Positions 40,458 to 50,196 of a DNA stretch of 64,000 nucleotides are shown here, in pieces. Origin of the DNA: a virus (lineage: Duplodnaviria; Caudoviricetes); IMG/VR virus record IMGVR_UViG_3300010163_000007, positions 69,340 through 133,339 of that record. One strand, written 5' to 3'. The position numbers and the translations under genes were made by a program. Position 1 is the stretch's first letter. Every line of letters begins with the position of its first letter. The notes under the pieces were generated by a model. That model did not search any database. It was not told the origin of the DNA and worked only from the letters and a program-made list of their open reading frames with translations.

Positions 40458-42486
40458 GGATCGAAACATGACAATACAGGAAAGGGAATTACTGAAACGA
40501 GCAGCGGCACTGGAGTATGATACGGACAGGCTTGGCCCATCTGCGTTAATGACTCAGCAGTCACACATCAGTTCTTCCCGTATGATTATGGGTGCGAATC
40601 AGATGACGCAGTTTGTAGATATCAAGAACCCTGAAGTTCCGCTGGTAGCTACCGGATTCGAGAATAAACTGGCGTCATATTCCACAATGCTCCTGCAAGC
40701 TGACGAGAACTATGAGATTGTGGCAAAGTTTGTTAAGGACGAATACACTTATGTGCTTGTGGGCTTCGACCGAAAGCACAGACGATATCATGCGTGGAAA
40801 CGAGTTGAATTGGAGGAGCATTCGGAGGGATGCTGCACCCGGTACAACAATAGCTATCTCGACAGTCTTGAGGTTGGGGACGTTATCCATGCTGGGGAGT
40901 ATATTAAGAAGAGCGAATCTTTTGACAAGTACCAGAACTATCGGTACGGGAAGAATCTTAACAGTGTGTTGCTGATCTCCACAAGGGTGCTTGAAGATGG
41001 CATCCTTCTGATGAATGGCGCAGAGCATATGATGAACACCTACCGATCTACGCACGATACCATCATGCTGGCTGAAAATGAGATTCTGCTCAACTGGTAT
41101 GGGGACTCCAGTCATTATCAGCCCTTGCCAAAAATCGGAGAGAAGACAAAAGATGGAGTTCTCGGAATTGTTCGGAGAATTGATAACTCGAAAGCTCCGT
41201 ATGCGATGAAGGCAAAGAGGCTGCGCATTCCAGAACAAGGTGATCGGTACTACTATGGCGAAGGCCGGGTAATCGGTTACGATATCTATTATAACTACAA
41301 GGATTACAACCGTATGCCCACTGTGGGAGCATTCGATATGCTCAGGGAGATGTTCGACAGGCAGCAAATGTATCATATGTCTGTGTATAAATATCTCCGG
41401 TCGATTGTAGATGGGGCGAAATCCGACGACTATACGTTTACAGATGAGCTGACAATCATCTGTGAGGAATCACATGCGTTTGTTGACTCTTCGGCTTTCT
41501 TCGTCGATAGCAATTCGAATATCTATGGCAATATCATGATCAAGGCGCATATCATGGGCGAAGAGAAGCTGCGAGTAGGTTCTAAATTGGTTGACCGGCA
41601 TGGTGGTAAGGGTGTTGTATCAATGATCTTACCGCCAGAGAAGTCCTGGAGAATGGAGGATGGACGGCCTATCCATCTGGTCAGATCTGCTCTTGGAATC
41701 GTAGGGCGATTGAACCAGGCCGTCATGAATGAGCATTCGGCGAACGAGTTATCCAATACAGCATCTGAAATGATGCGGCTTACGGATAGCGTCGATAAGA
41801 AGCTCAAAATCGTGCACAATCTGTTACGGTACCTGAATCCCGAAGAGGCCAAAAGCTTTAAGGCATGGTATAAGGCGCTAGATAGCAAAGGTAGAGAGAA
41901 GTTGGCTAAGCGCATCGAGCGGCAAGGTATCGTCATCATCCAGGAACCTATTGACAATGCGGATATGTTCGATATCGGAAATGCCTATGGAGAATTTCCT
42001 CCTAACTGGCAACGCATTGTATTCGAGGATGGAGGAAAATCTCTCCGCAAGGTTCTGTGCTCGAAGATGTATTATATTAGGCTAAAGCAAGATCCGCTGG
42101 ATAAATACTCTGCCCGGTCCAGGGGTCCAGTCCATCCAATGACTATGCTTCCTGCCAAGTCTGCAGCAAAGAAAAAGGGTCTTGCACTCCATTCCAATGT
42201 GCCTGTACGATTCGGAGAATATGAGATTGAGGTTCTATTGGGTATGGTAAACCATCCCGCAATGATAGCTAGCTATATGTGTGAATCCTCCACTTCATGG
42301 CTGGCAAAGGTGCTGATGGCAGAGCAGACCTATATGGGAGACTTGGAGGAAGATGTCGATCTTAGCATGATTGAGTTTGCTGGGAAAAAGAGCAAAGAAC
42401 AGATAGACGCCTATTCCAATATCCTGTCGGCCCAAGTTGTAATTGATGTGGAAGAAGCGCCAGAAGGCGAATGGTTTGAGGACTAA
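40447..42486 (+). CDS. Multisubunit phage RNA polymerase beta, C-terminal half (probably non-virion RNAP)
   Basis: SRMIMGANQMTQ, YGKN, EDG, VGSKLVDRHGGKGVVS, GRLN, YYIRLKQ, SARS, PVRFGEYE. Confidence 0.9.
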   Translation: MSSKDRNMTIQERELLKRAAALEYDTDRLGPSALMTQQSHISSSRMIMGANQMTQFVDIKNPEVPLVATGFENKLASYSTMLLQADENYEIVAKFVKDEYTYVLVGFDRKHRRYHAWKRVELEEHSEGCCTRYNNSYLDSLEVGDVIHAGEYIKKSESFDKYQNYRYGKNLNSVLLISTRVLEDGILLMNGAEHMMNTYRSTHDTIMLAENEILLNWYGDSSHYQPLPKIGEKTKDGVLGIVRRIDNSKAPYAMKAKRLRIPEQGDRYYYGEGRVIGYDIYYNYKDYNRMPTVGAFDMLREMFDRQQMYHMSVYKYLRSIVDGAKSDDYTFTDELTIICEESHAFVDSSAFFVDSNSNIYGNIMIKAHIMGEEKLRVGSKLVDRHGGKGVVSMILPPEKSWRMEDGRPIHLVRSALGIVGRLNQAVMNEHSANELSNTASEMMRLTDSVDKKLKIVHNLLRYLNPEEAKSFKAWYKALDSKGREKLAKRIERQGIVIIQEPIDNADMFDIGNAYGEFPPNWQRIVFEDGGKSLRKVLCSKMYYIRLKQDPLDKYSARSRGPVHPMTMLPAKSAAKKKGLALHSNVPVRFGEYEIEVLLGMVNHPAMIASYMCESSTSWLAKVLMAEQTYMGDLEEDVDLSMIEFAGKKSKEQIDAYSNILSAQVVIDVEEAPEGEWFED

Positions 42487-42498
42487 CGGTGATGGAAG

Positions 42499-42786
42499 AT
42501 GCCTAGAGATTATATGTCATTGTATCGGGATCTCCGAGATTATAAAATTGCGATCGATGACAATGAATTTGGCCTAATCGATGAGCTTCACCATGCATAC
42601 TATGATGGAGAATACGTCAATGGTCTCGGTGAATGCATTCACCAATATTTGGTCAGACTCCATAAGGAGTATCCAGCCGTATATGCAATCACAATTGCTC
42701 AATTTCCCGATTTCGAAAAGTACCTTGACCGGTATGTAGATCCCGAGGGATACCAATTTCTTGCAGCTACAGTTTACAAAGACTAG
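42499..42786 (+). CDS. Hypothetical protein
   Basis: 95 aa, followed by a terminator hairpin. Confidence 0.6.
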   Translation: MPRDYMSLYRDLRDYKIAIDDNEFGLIDELHHAYYDGEYVNGLGECIHQYLVRLHKEYPAVYAITIAQFPDFEKYLDRYVDPEGYQFLAATVYKD

Positions 42787-42889
42787 AGAGGCCAAGCCTC
42801 TCTAGTCTTTGGTTTTGTATAAATGCAAATCGACTATATATTATAGTAGGGATCTGAACGCCGATCAAAAATATTAAGGAGATGTTAAA

Positions 42890-45253
42890 ATGGGTAAGAA
42901 TAAGAAAAAACACAAGGTCCAGAACCTGGCCATCGCTATGCCTTCAGTGGGGGTTGGCACTACGGGAGTATCGCACGCAGACGCCGGGAGCCACTATGGT
43001 ACCGTGCAACGGCGAGTATCCAAAATCAGTCCCGAAGCGCTGGTCTATGACCCGTCCGATATGAGTAAGACTCTGGATGAGCTCGAGGATGCGGTCACCG
43101 AGGGGAAGTACAAGAGTGGGTTAAAGGTAATGGACAGCGTCGTGGTAGATCGGTTCATCGATTATTATCTGTCGATGGGCGAGGATATCACTGGCGTGAA
43201 GGACATCCATGGGATGGCAAAAAAGTTCCTCAGCATCTGCAAATCGTACTATGAATATGCACCAGACAGCCAAGTACCGATTCCGGATGCCACATATGAC
43301 AAGCTTATCTCTAAGTATTTAAGCTATGATGGGAACATTGAACCCACCGGGATCATTCCAAAAGGGTCCCGGACTGTCAAGAAAGCGGAGATTAAATATT
43401 CTCTGCTCCACAACAACATGGACAAGAGCTATGCGATCCGGGAGACTGACCCTATTCCGGAAGGAGTGAAGGAATCCACTACGATCGAGCAGTTTCTGCT
43501 GAAGGTCTACACGTCATTGGGGCTGAGTCCGAAGACTGATGAGATTACAGTTGAAATCAGTCCTAAGGTTGACGGGGTGTCGGTCAATGGAACAGTATCC
43601 GGAGATCTGTTGATCGATCCTCAGACCAGAGGAAGTGAATCCGAGGCGATTAGTATAATTGGCATGAACGGCCTGCAGATCACAGAGGGGCATACGGTGG
43701 ACGAAGAGTTTGGTATTCAATATGAGCTCTTTGTCACCAAGCCTGATCTTGGAATAGCGTCAAAGCTGTTGAAACTTGACGCGCCCTATGTGTCCTGCCG
43801 GCATGCCGCAAGTGGAATTCTGAGAAGACTCTGCACGGCGGAGAATGATGAGCTGCTCAAATGTGTGTCTCTCTATCCGATCGCAAGCAGCGGTCTGGAA
43901 GGATCATATGAGGAGCGAATCGACTATCTCACGAATTTCGGGATTGTGCCGAAGGATATGATCTCCCGGGAGATGATCACTGGGAACTTGAAGGATCTTC
44001 TGGAGAAGATTGGTAAGAAGTTCGAGTACTATGGCTCGACCCATGTCAGAAGCAATCTGAGCTACGCGATTGATGGCATCGTGATCACAGTTGCGAGGGA
44101 TGAGTATCAGCAGGATCTTGGAAGAGTTGGGAGAACCAACAAATTCCAGGTCGCTCTGAAGTTCAACCCTTCCAATGCGATTGGCGTTGTCGATCATATC
44201 GCGCTCGATTGTGGAGCCAAGGGATATCGGACTCCGCAGGTCTATCTGGCCGAGCCGGTCTATCTGGATGGAGTACCGTATGATCACATTCCTATTCTGA
44301 GTATCAATTTGTTCAACTCACTCGGGCTTCGCTATGGGTCGGAAGTAAACGTCCACAGAGTGGGCGATGTAATTCCGTCTATCAGCATGGTCCGGGAGGG
44401 ATCCGGCAAGAAGATTGATCTCCCGGATGTCTGCCCTGAGTGTGGAAAAAAGCTAACTCATCTGAATTCCAAGCTCTACTGTGCAAATGCGACCTGTAGA
44501 GGTAATCTGGTTGGTATCTTCAGCCAGTTCTTTGACAGATTAGGCATGGACGGGTATGGAGATTCGTTCTCCAGAATGCTTGTTGAACAGTTGGGATGTG
44601 AATCTCTTGGAGATGTATTGGCGCTAAGCGATGAGTCTTTTGAGAGTGCCAATATCAATACCGAGCTGGCGAAGGGGTTCACTGGAGCACTGAGGACTGC
44701 CCTGAACAAATCTCAGGATTATGAAGTTCTTGCGGCGATGGGCCTTCAGGGCATCGGTGTCTCTCGAGCAAAGAGTATCTTGTCGAAGTGCCCCCTTAAG
44801 GAGCTTATTAACTTGGACAGGATTGACTGCGAGAATTTGGTAGCGTCGGCACTCGGAAATGGCTATGACGCTGTTACCGATGCATTGCGCAGCGATAGAT
44901 TCCGCAAAGCCCTGCGAGAGCTTCAGAAATACGATATTCACATCACGGAGGACTTCAGTCCAAAGACGAGAGTCGGTCATACCGGGAAGGAGCTCTCCCC
45001 TCGAACAGTGTCGCTCTGCCGGATGCTCGATTTCGAGGTTGCGGATGGCAAGGCGTTCGACATTCTGATAACTGCTGATATGGATTCTAACTCCAGCAAG
45101 ATGGAAGTTGCAAAGAGACGGAAGCTTCCTATCTACTTGGAAGAGGATTTCATCAATCGGTATATCAAGGATAGCGAGCTGAGCGCAAAGTTGACTCCAA
45201 TCGCGAACAACTTTGTTGCGGCCATGGTCAAATCTGTTGCAAAGTTTAGATAA
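42890..45253 (+). CDS. ligA: NAD-dependent DNA ligase
   Basis: PDATYD, PKVDG, DGIVI, ALKF, RVGDVIP, CPECG...CANATC, HhH, BRCT-like end. Confidence 0.92.
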   Translation: MGKNKKKHKVQNLAIAMPSVGVGTTGVSHADAGSHYGTVQRRVSKISPEALVYDPSDMSKTLDELEDAVTEGKYKSGLKVMDSVVVDRFIDYYLSMGEDITGVKDIHGMAKKFLSICKSYYEYAPDSQVPIPDATYDKLISKYLSYDGNIEPTGIIPKGSRTVKKAEIKYSLLHNNMDKSYAIRETDPIPEGVKESTTIEQFLLKVYTSLGLSPKTDEITVEISPKVDGVSVNGTVSGDLLIDPQTRGSESEAISIIGMNGLQITEGHTVDEEFGIQYELFVTKPDLGIASKLLKLDAPYVSCRHAASGILRRLCTAENDELLKCVSLYPIASSGLEGSYEERIDYLTNFGIVPKDMISREMITGNLKDLLEKIGKKFEYYGSTHVRSNLSYAIDGIVITVARDEYQQDLGRVGRTNKFQVALKFNPSNAIGVVDHIALDCGAKGYRTPQVYLAEPVYLDGVPYDHIPILSINLFNSLGLRYGSEVNVHRVGDVIPSISMVREGSGKKIDLPDVCPECGKKLTHLNSKLYCANATCRGNLVGIFSQFFDRLGMDGYGDSFSRMLVEQLGCESLGDVLALSDESFESANINTELAKGFTGALRTALNKSQDYEVLAAMGLQGIGVSRAKSILSKCPLKELINLDRIDCENLVASALGNGYDAVTDALRSDRFRKALRELQKYDIHITEDFSPKTRVGHTGKELSPRTVSLCRMLDFEVADGKAFDILITADMDSNSSKMEVAKRRKLPIYLEEDFINRYIKDSELSAKLTPIANNFVAAMVKSVAKFR

Positions 45254-45275
45254 TGAATCGATCAACAGATGTATA

Positions 45276-45672
45276 AGGATTCGTCAGTTGCTGCGCGTTG
45301 GGTAGCTGGCGAGCGATTCCATTCAACGCAAAGGCCAGGCTCGAACTGAGTCTGAGCCAAACTATAGCATTACCCTTTTAAAATTCTCCCACATGATTTG
45401 TATAAGGTGGTTCGGTACGGAACGCATATGCGGTCCTATGGCCATAAGTAGCTGGGTATGTGGTACGCTGCATGCTGATGGCGAACAAGGTGGTTTGGGA
45501 TTGACTTCAATGGCAGACTGCGTGGGCTGCTTTGGGGAAAGATGGATGGTAATGAGGTTGGTTATCATCCATGCCGTATCGGGCTGCTTGACCTAAGTAT
45601 CTGGATTTATCTAGATCGTCTATTGTGTTAGCCGATGAATGGATGGACTATTCTTGGTCCATCCATTCATTT
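45276..45672 (+). ncRNA. Candidate structured non-coding RNA (~400 nt)
   Basis: Own late promoter (AACA-GATG-TATA, 45264-75), terminal 14-bp hairpin, several G-U-containing helices, no RBS-supported ORF. Confidence 0.6.
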
Positions 45673-45756
45673 CATATTTGAGTGCTAACACGCTTATACA
45701 GTGCACCGAGGGTGAAAGCCCGGCTGCAAATATATCATGTACAGGAGGAAAAATCA

Positions 45757-46491
45757 ATGAGCAGTTTAACAATCAATACGTGGGTGAATCTGGAAAACGG
45801 ATCTTTCCACAACTTCTTTCCTGAGGTCGCGGAACTCCTCGAATCCGGCTGGTGCCGGGCGCTGACCGAGACTCTGCGACTCGGCCTTAAGGACAGCAAT
45901 AAGGTATCTGTCGAACTGCCCTGGGGCACCTACACCGCCGAGCTGATCCAGAAAGGTGAGGCCGGCAACATTACCCCGTCCTGGGAGCCCTCCAAGCGGT
46001 TTATGACCCTGCTGAACGGCGATCTGAGCAAGTCGGACAAGGACACGGTCAATCAGGAGACCTTCGATCCCACCTTTGTCCGGCTCTTCACCGACTGGAT
46101 CACGCATGGGCGCTTCTACCCGGAAGGGGCGAAGAACAAGGAGAAGACTGAGAAGCATAAGGGCATCAAGCTGAGCGATGACGAGGTGAACTACGTCCTC
46201 AACAGCTACGGGATGATGCTCGCCAGCATCGCCAAGGATAAGCAGCGAGACGGCAAGATCTTCCCGCTGGAGATCAACGGAACCTTCCCGCATGGCCGCT
46301 TCGACTTTGAGTACGATGATGACAAGATCACCCCCACGTTTGTGGCGGACAAGGTCTTCAAGCAGCTCCTCAAGGACGACGCCGCCGCGGCTTCTGCGGC
46401 GAAGTTCGACTTCACTCCTCTGCGCGAGGGCGAGGTCCGCAAAGACATTATCCCGACCAACCTGCAGGATAAGGAAGAGAAAGCAGGTTAA
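45757..46491 (+). CDS. Highly expressed protein with two HU/IHF-like repeats
   Basis: VELPWGTYTAE...ITPSWEPSKRFMTLL and FPHGRFDFE...ITPTFVADKVFKQLL; extreme codon bias; late promoter at 45687-98. Confidence 0.55.
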   Translation: MSSLTINTWVNLENGSFHNFFPEVAELLESGWCRALTETLRLGLKDSNKVSVELPWGTYTAELIQKGEAGNITPSWEPSKRFMTLLNGDLSKSDKDTVNQETFDPTFVRLFTDWITHGRFYPEGAKNKEKTEKHKGIKLSDDEVNYVLNSYGMMLASIAKDKQRDGKIFPLEINGTFPHGRFDFEYDDDKITPTFVADKVFKQLLKDDAAAASAAKFDFTPLREGEVRKDIIPTNLQDKEEKAG

Positions 46492-46580
46492 CAACGACGG
46501 AATAGGCCGAGGGTCCCTCCTCGGCCTATTCTTTTCTATGTATATATTATATCCGGAATAATAGAAGGAGGCGCGCTATA

Positions 46581-47357
46581 GTGGAACGCATAACAAAATG
46601 GAAAGAACATGCAATGATTATGCCGCATTACTGGACGAATAGGACGTCAATACTCAATATCGATGGCGACATCTACCTCATATACATTGGAGGTACGACA
46701 AGAGCATTATTCATTCTCCGGAGAGGAACAAAGAAGAAACCAGTCCAAAGAGCAGCTATGAGGATAGAGCTGCACAATGCCGGCGTACATGTGGCTATCA
46801 TATCCTGTACAACGCCGGAGGACCTCAATGACGAGATTCGTAGGTATATGGAATGGAATAAAACGAACGGATATAAGGCAGTAGATGCTGACGGGTATCA
46901 ACGGCTATATCCGACTGTATCGATGGCTGCATTGCGGAATAAGTCTATTCATCGCGCAAAGATGATATGCAGCGGTAACACAATTAAGGAAATACCTTTT
47001 CGTTCCGCTGACAGCAGAACATCCACGATAAAATGCATAGCGCTTTATGATATGGATGATGAGAAAAGAATGCTTATCCAAGACGTGGCGACTATGTGTG
47101 TTATGCACATGGGGCTCGCAGACATACGCTGGATGGCTATTTCCAGACAGGAGTCTGATGTACTAACTAATCGGGACGGCTCTGAGTTGATTAGGTCCAT
47201 CTCGAAGGCAGCTCCTGATATCGAGCTTCCGTATCTAATAGCCGCATTGTTGGCACAGACTATAGCAAAGGCCATTAGTCATTGGTCTGATGACAATGAT
47301 CCTAAGACTGAGTCTATGCCTGTGCCGAAAATTCGCATGTCGTTTGACACAATGTAA
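46581..47357 (+). CDS. Hypothetical early protein
   Basis: Early motif at 46541-46551; AAGGAGG RBS. Confidence 0.7.
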   Translation: MERITKWKEHAMIMPHYWTNRTSILNIDGDIYLIYIGGTTRALFILRRGTKKKPVQRAAMRIELHNAGVHVAIISCTTPEDLNDEIRRYMEWNKTNGYKAVDADGYQRLYPTVSMAALRNKSIHRAKMICSGNTIKEIPFRSADSRTSTIKCIALYDMDDEKRMLIQDVATMCVMHMGLADIRWMAISRQESDVLTNRDGSELIRSISKAAPDIELPYLIAALLAQTIAKAISHWSDDNDPKTESMPVPKIRMSFDTM

Positions 47358-47379
47358 GCTTGCTCAAGGGAGAATTATA

Positions 47380-49263
47380 ATGCTAGATTTCTATGCAGAT
47401 TACTGCCACCGATATGATAATAGAGTAAACGACGATTTGTTCACCCGTAAGTTTGACAGGCCGATGGTTCAATACGCCATTGACACGTGTAAGAACCTTG
47501 AGGTACTGCCGGCCATCAAGTTGGTTAGTTGGGAGTTTATCACCGATCAAACAAAGATCCATTCATCTATCAACAAGGATCTAGCCAAAGATCCCAAGAT
47601 TAAGTTCAATCGAGCGCTTGAGTGGTTGGCTACTCCTCAGAGAACAATCTACGATATGCTAATACTGCACTTTCATGTGAGCGCAAAAGGTCAGGAAGCG
47701 GATGTAACGCGGAGATTGCGGATTCCCAAACAGGTACTTGGACCGTACTATATCAAGAACGGCAAGAAAGTCCTTATGCTAATTCAAATTGTGGATAACT
47801 CCACGTTTGTAAAGGGCAACGTGCTGAACTTCAAGTCGACTCTCTATCCAATCAAACTTAGTCCTCCAAAGCATAAGATTAAGTTTGTGGATGGGGAGAC
47901 ATTGTCTTTACCTGTATTCCAGCTCGACCTGTTCAAGAAAGTAACAAATCCTCTTCTATATTATCTGGCGAGCTATGGGATTGAGAGCACGCTCGAGATG
48001 TTTGGATTGCAGGATCTTATCTCGGTTGTCGATGAGATCTTAGATGAGGATCACTATCGATATGTCGCGATTAAGCCTGGGTTATATCTGGAGGTGCATG
48101 AGAAGGCATTCCAGGTGCATCCATTTGTCCCAAGGTTTATCGGAACCTTAGCCAATGCATTGTTAACGGACAAGGCTAAAATCACTTTTGCTGATGTCTA
48201 CGATGTGGATTATTGGCTCGGTAGACTCTCAGAGGTATTCTCTAAAAAGCGAAATGTTAACAAGGGCAAGAGAGTACTCATATCATTCAGAAAACTCACA
48301 GATCCGTATACAAAGGCACGGTTAAAGCTACCTAAGTATCACAAAAAGGATACTGCGGCGGTCATTCGTTGGATGATGGTTAACTACGATGAACTGATTA
48401 AGAAGGATAGTAATGACCTGGCCAACAAACGGATGAGAGCAAATGAAACACAGGCATACTTCTTCGATAAGTATATCACGCAAAACGTGTATTCGCTGCT
48501 CAACACCGATAATCCGCCCTTTGAGAAGTATATCAGGCTGCTGAATTCCATCAACGAGTTTACCCTGATGCGGTCCAGTTCTGGCGGTAGGGGAGGATCG
48601 AGCATCTCGTCTATGTATCGCTACGAGCGATATAATGACTTCGATGCAATCGAGCTTGCTCGATACACCCTGAAAGGTCCCACTGGATTGAATGGCGGGA
48701 AGAAGAAGACCTCATTGCGATATCGGGATATCTATCCCTCTCACATTGGCAGGTATGATATAAATGTCTGTTCTGCTAATGACCCTGGGCTAACTGGGTA
48801 TCTTGCTGCAAATGTGAAGTTTGATAAGATGGGATACTTCAGCGACGATGCGTCTGAGCCGAATGTCTATGACAAGGTAATCGATAAACAAGTTGCCCGC
48901 TATGCGGAGGCGGGTTATCGGAAAAAGCGGGATAACTATATCAAGCTGCAGCTATCCCGTGAAGTCGATGGGTATATCCATCTGCAGCATCGCTTGACTC
49001 CGGAGAAGCTATTCGAGAAGTTTAGCGAGGATCCTTGGGCCTATGGCCTGTATTCAACGGATGAGGGCCTCAGACTAATCCGGAAGATAGATAACCTGGA
49101 TTCGCAGGGATATATCCAACTGGTCCGGCGTACTCAGGGAAAGAAACCCACGAAGAAGAATCAGGTCGAGCGGGATGAGGACGGATATATCAGGCTAAAA
49201 CACGTAGTGACCAAAATGGAGGTACAAAAGATTCGGAAACGGAAAAGTAGTTCCGGCTCATGA
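47380..49263 (+). CDS. Multisubunit phage RNA polymerase beta, N-terminal half (probably non-virion RNAP)
   Basis: IP...YYIKNG, DSNDLANKRMR, YTLKGPTGL, RDIYPSHIGRYDI....DPGL. Confidence 0.88.
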   Translation: MLDFYADYCHRYDNRVNDDLFTRKFDRPMVQYAIDTCKNLEVLPAIKLVSWEFITDQTKIHSSINKDLAKDPKIKFNRALEWLATPQRTIYDMLILHFHVSAKGQEADVTRRLRIPKQVLGPYYIKNGKKVLMLIQIVDNSTFVKGNVLNFKSTLYPIKLSPPKHKIKFVDGETLSLPVFQLDLFKKVTNPLLYYLASYGIESTLEMFGLQDLISVVDEILDEDHYRYVAIKPGLYLEVHEKAFQVHPFVPRFIGTLANALLTDKAKITFADVYDVDYWLGRLSEVFSKKRNVNKGKRVLISFRKLTDPYTKARLKLPKYHKKDTAAVIRWMMVNYDELIKKDSNDLANKRMRANETQAYFFDKYITQNVYSLLNTDNPPFEKYIRLLNSINEFTLMRSSSGGRGGSSISSMYRYERYNDFDAIELARYTLKGPTGLNGGKKKTSLRYRDIYPSHIGRYDINVCSANDPGLTGYLAANVKFDKMGYFSDDASEPNVYDKVIDKQVARYAEAGYRKKRDNYIKLQLSREVDGYIHLQHRLTPEKLFEKFSEDPWAYGLYSTDEGLRLIRKIDNLDSQGYIQLVRRTQGKKPTKKNQVERDEDGYIRLKHVVTKMEVQKIRKRKSSSGS

Positions 49264-49270
49264 CGAATGA

Positions 49271-49307
49271 AAAGCAGGCCGGGACTTCCCGGCCTGCTTC
49301 TTTTTTT
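49271..49307. terminator. Bidirectional terminator
   Basis: AAGCAGGCCGGGA-CT-TCCCGGCCTGCTT plus T-tract. Confidence 0.8.
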
Positions 49308-50095
49308 TATACAATGTGGAAGTAGGAGGCTAAGACTCGGTCAGGGAAACTTCGAGTACGCAGCTCTCGGAGATACTCCTCCCTATCGCGCTCAGCACTC
49401 TCCCAGTCCGATATCTGGAGATCGCTGTTCCCTACAGATGTAACAACGGGTGTTATATACTTTAATTCATTCCATAGTTTAATCTTGAGATCATAAAGCG
49501 CAAGCTTGATGTATTCGCTGCGGTACTCTTCTGGAACAGATGCAATGTTTGGATACCCTATTCTACATACGACCTCAACGGTACCCTCGAAGGTGTAGTT
49601 TCGTAAAAACAGAACATTGCTTCCACGCAATTCATGATAGCGTTTAAACGGAAAGTTAAAGTCCGTTAAAGTACGTTGGTAGGTATATTCGGGGCCCATC
49701 AGTATTCCTTCGAGCGTTACATTGTTTCGAGATGCGATTACACTAGAGTAGTATGCAGAGGATGAGGGATCGTATGGATCTACCGCTTCCCCATTGTTTA
49801 CGTAGTTAATCGAATCGACGCCCATAATAGAAATTCCATACTTATTTAATATCGGATCCGATAGATAGTACTCGATCCCATCAGTTGGGTGAGTTTTTGG
49901 GATAATTTTACTTCTATCCTGCAGGTCAAGATAGATGTTATATTTTACTGGAATCACATTTGCCATAGTCATCATAGTTTTAGTCTCTACTAAGTTTACT
50001 AAATCACGAAATTCTCCTTCTAGTCCAAGAACATCCAGTCCTAAAGTATCTTCAAACAATTCGGTATAAAACCGTGTAACATTCACATGCAGCAC
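49307..50095 (-). CDS. Probable virion structural (neck/head-completion-like) protein
   Basis: Late motif GACA-TTTT-TATA at 50104-15; AGGAGG RBS; function inferred from context only. Confidence 0.55.
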   Translation of the reverse strand: MLHVNVTRFYTELFEDTLGLDVLGLEGEFRDLVNLVETKTMMTMANVIPVKYNIYLDLQDRSKIIPKTHPTDGIEYYLSDPILNKYGISIMGVDSINYVNNGEAVDPYDPSSSAYYSSVIASRNNVTLEGILMGPEYTYQRTLTDFNFPFKRYHELRGSNVLFLRNYTFEGTVEVVCRIGYPNIASVPEEYRSEYIKLALYDLKIKLWNELKYITPVVTSVGNSDLQISDWESAERDREEYLRELRTRSFPDRVLASYFHIV

Positions 50096-50196
50096 CTCCT
50101 ATTTATAAAAATGTCATTCCGGTTATCTGGGCCACGTTAAATATATATTATAATAGTGGTACATAGGAACCATAAAGATAGAAAGGAGATATCGCT

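Noticed and set aside
45276-45672. tmRNA or RNase P identity for the ncRNA (GGATTCG near the 5' end)
   Set aside because: No tRNA-Ala-like acceptor or T-arm, no CCA end, no tag frame, no GAGGAAAGUC motif.
45766-46494. 242-aa antisense ORF opposite the HU-like gene (likewise 19709-20221, 36987-37469, 40675-41376, 44624-45265)
   Set aside because: Same shadow-frame artefact of biased sense genes.
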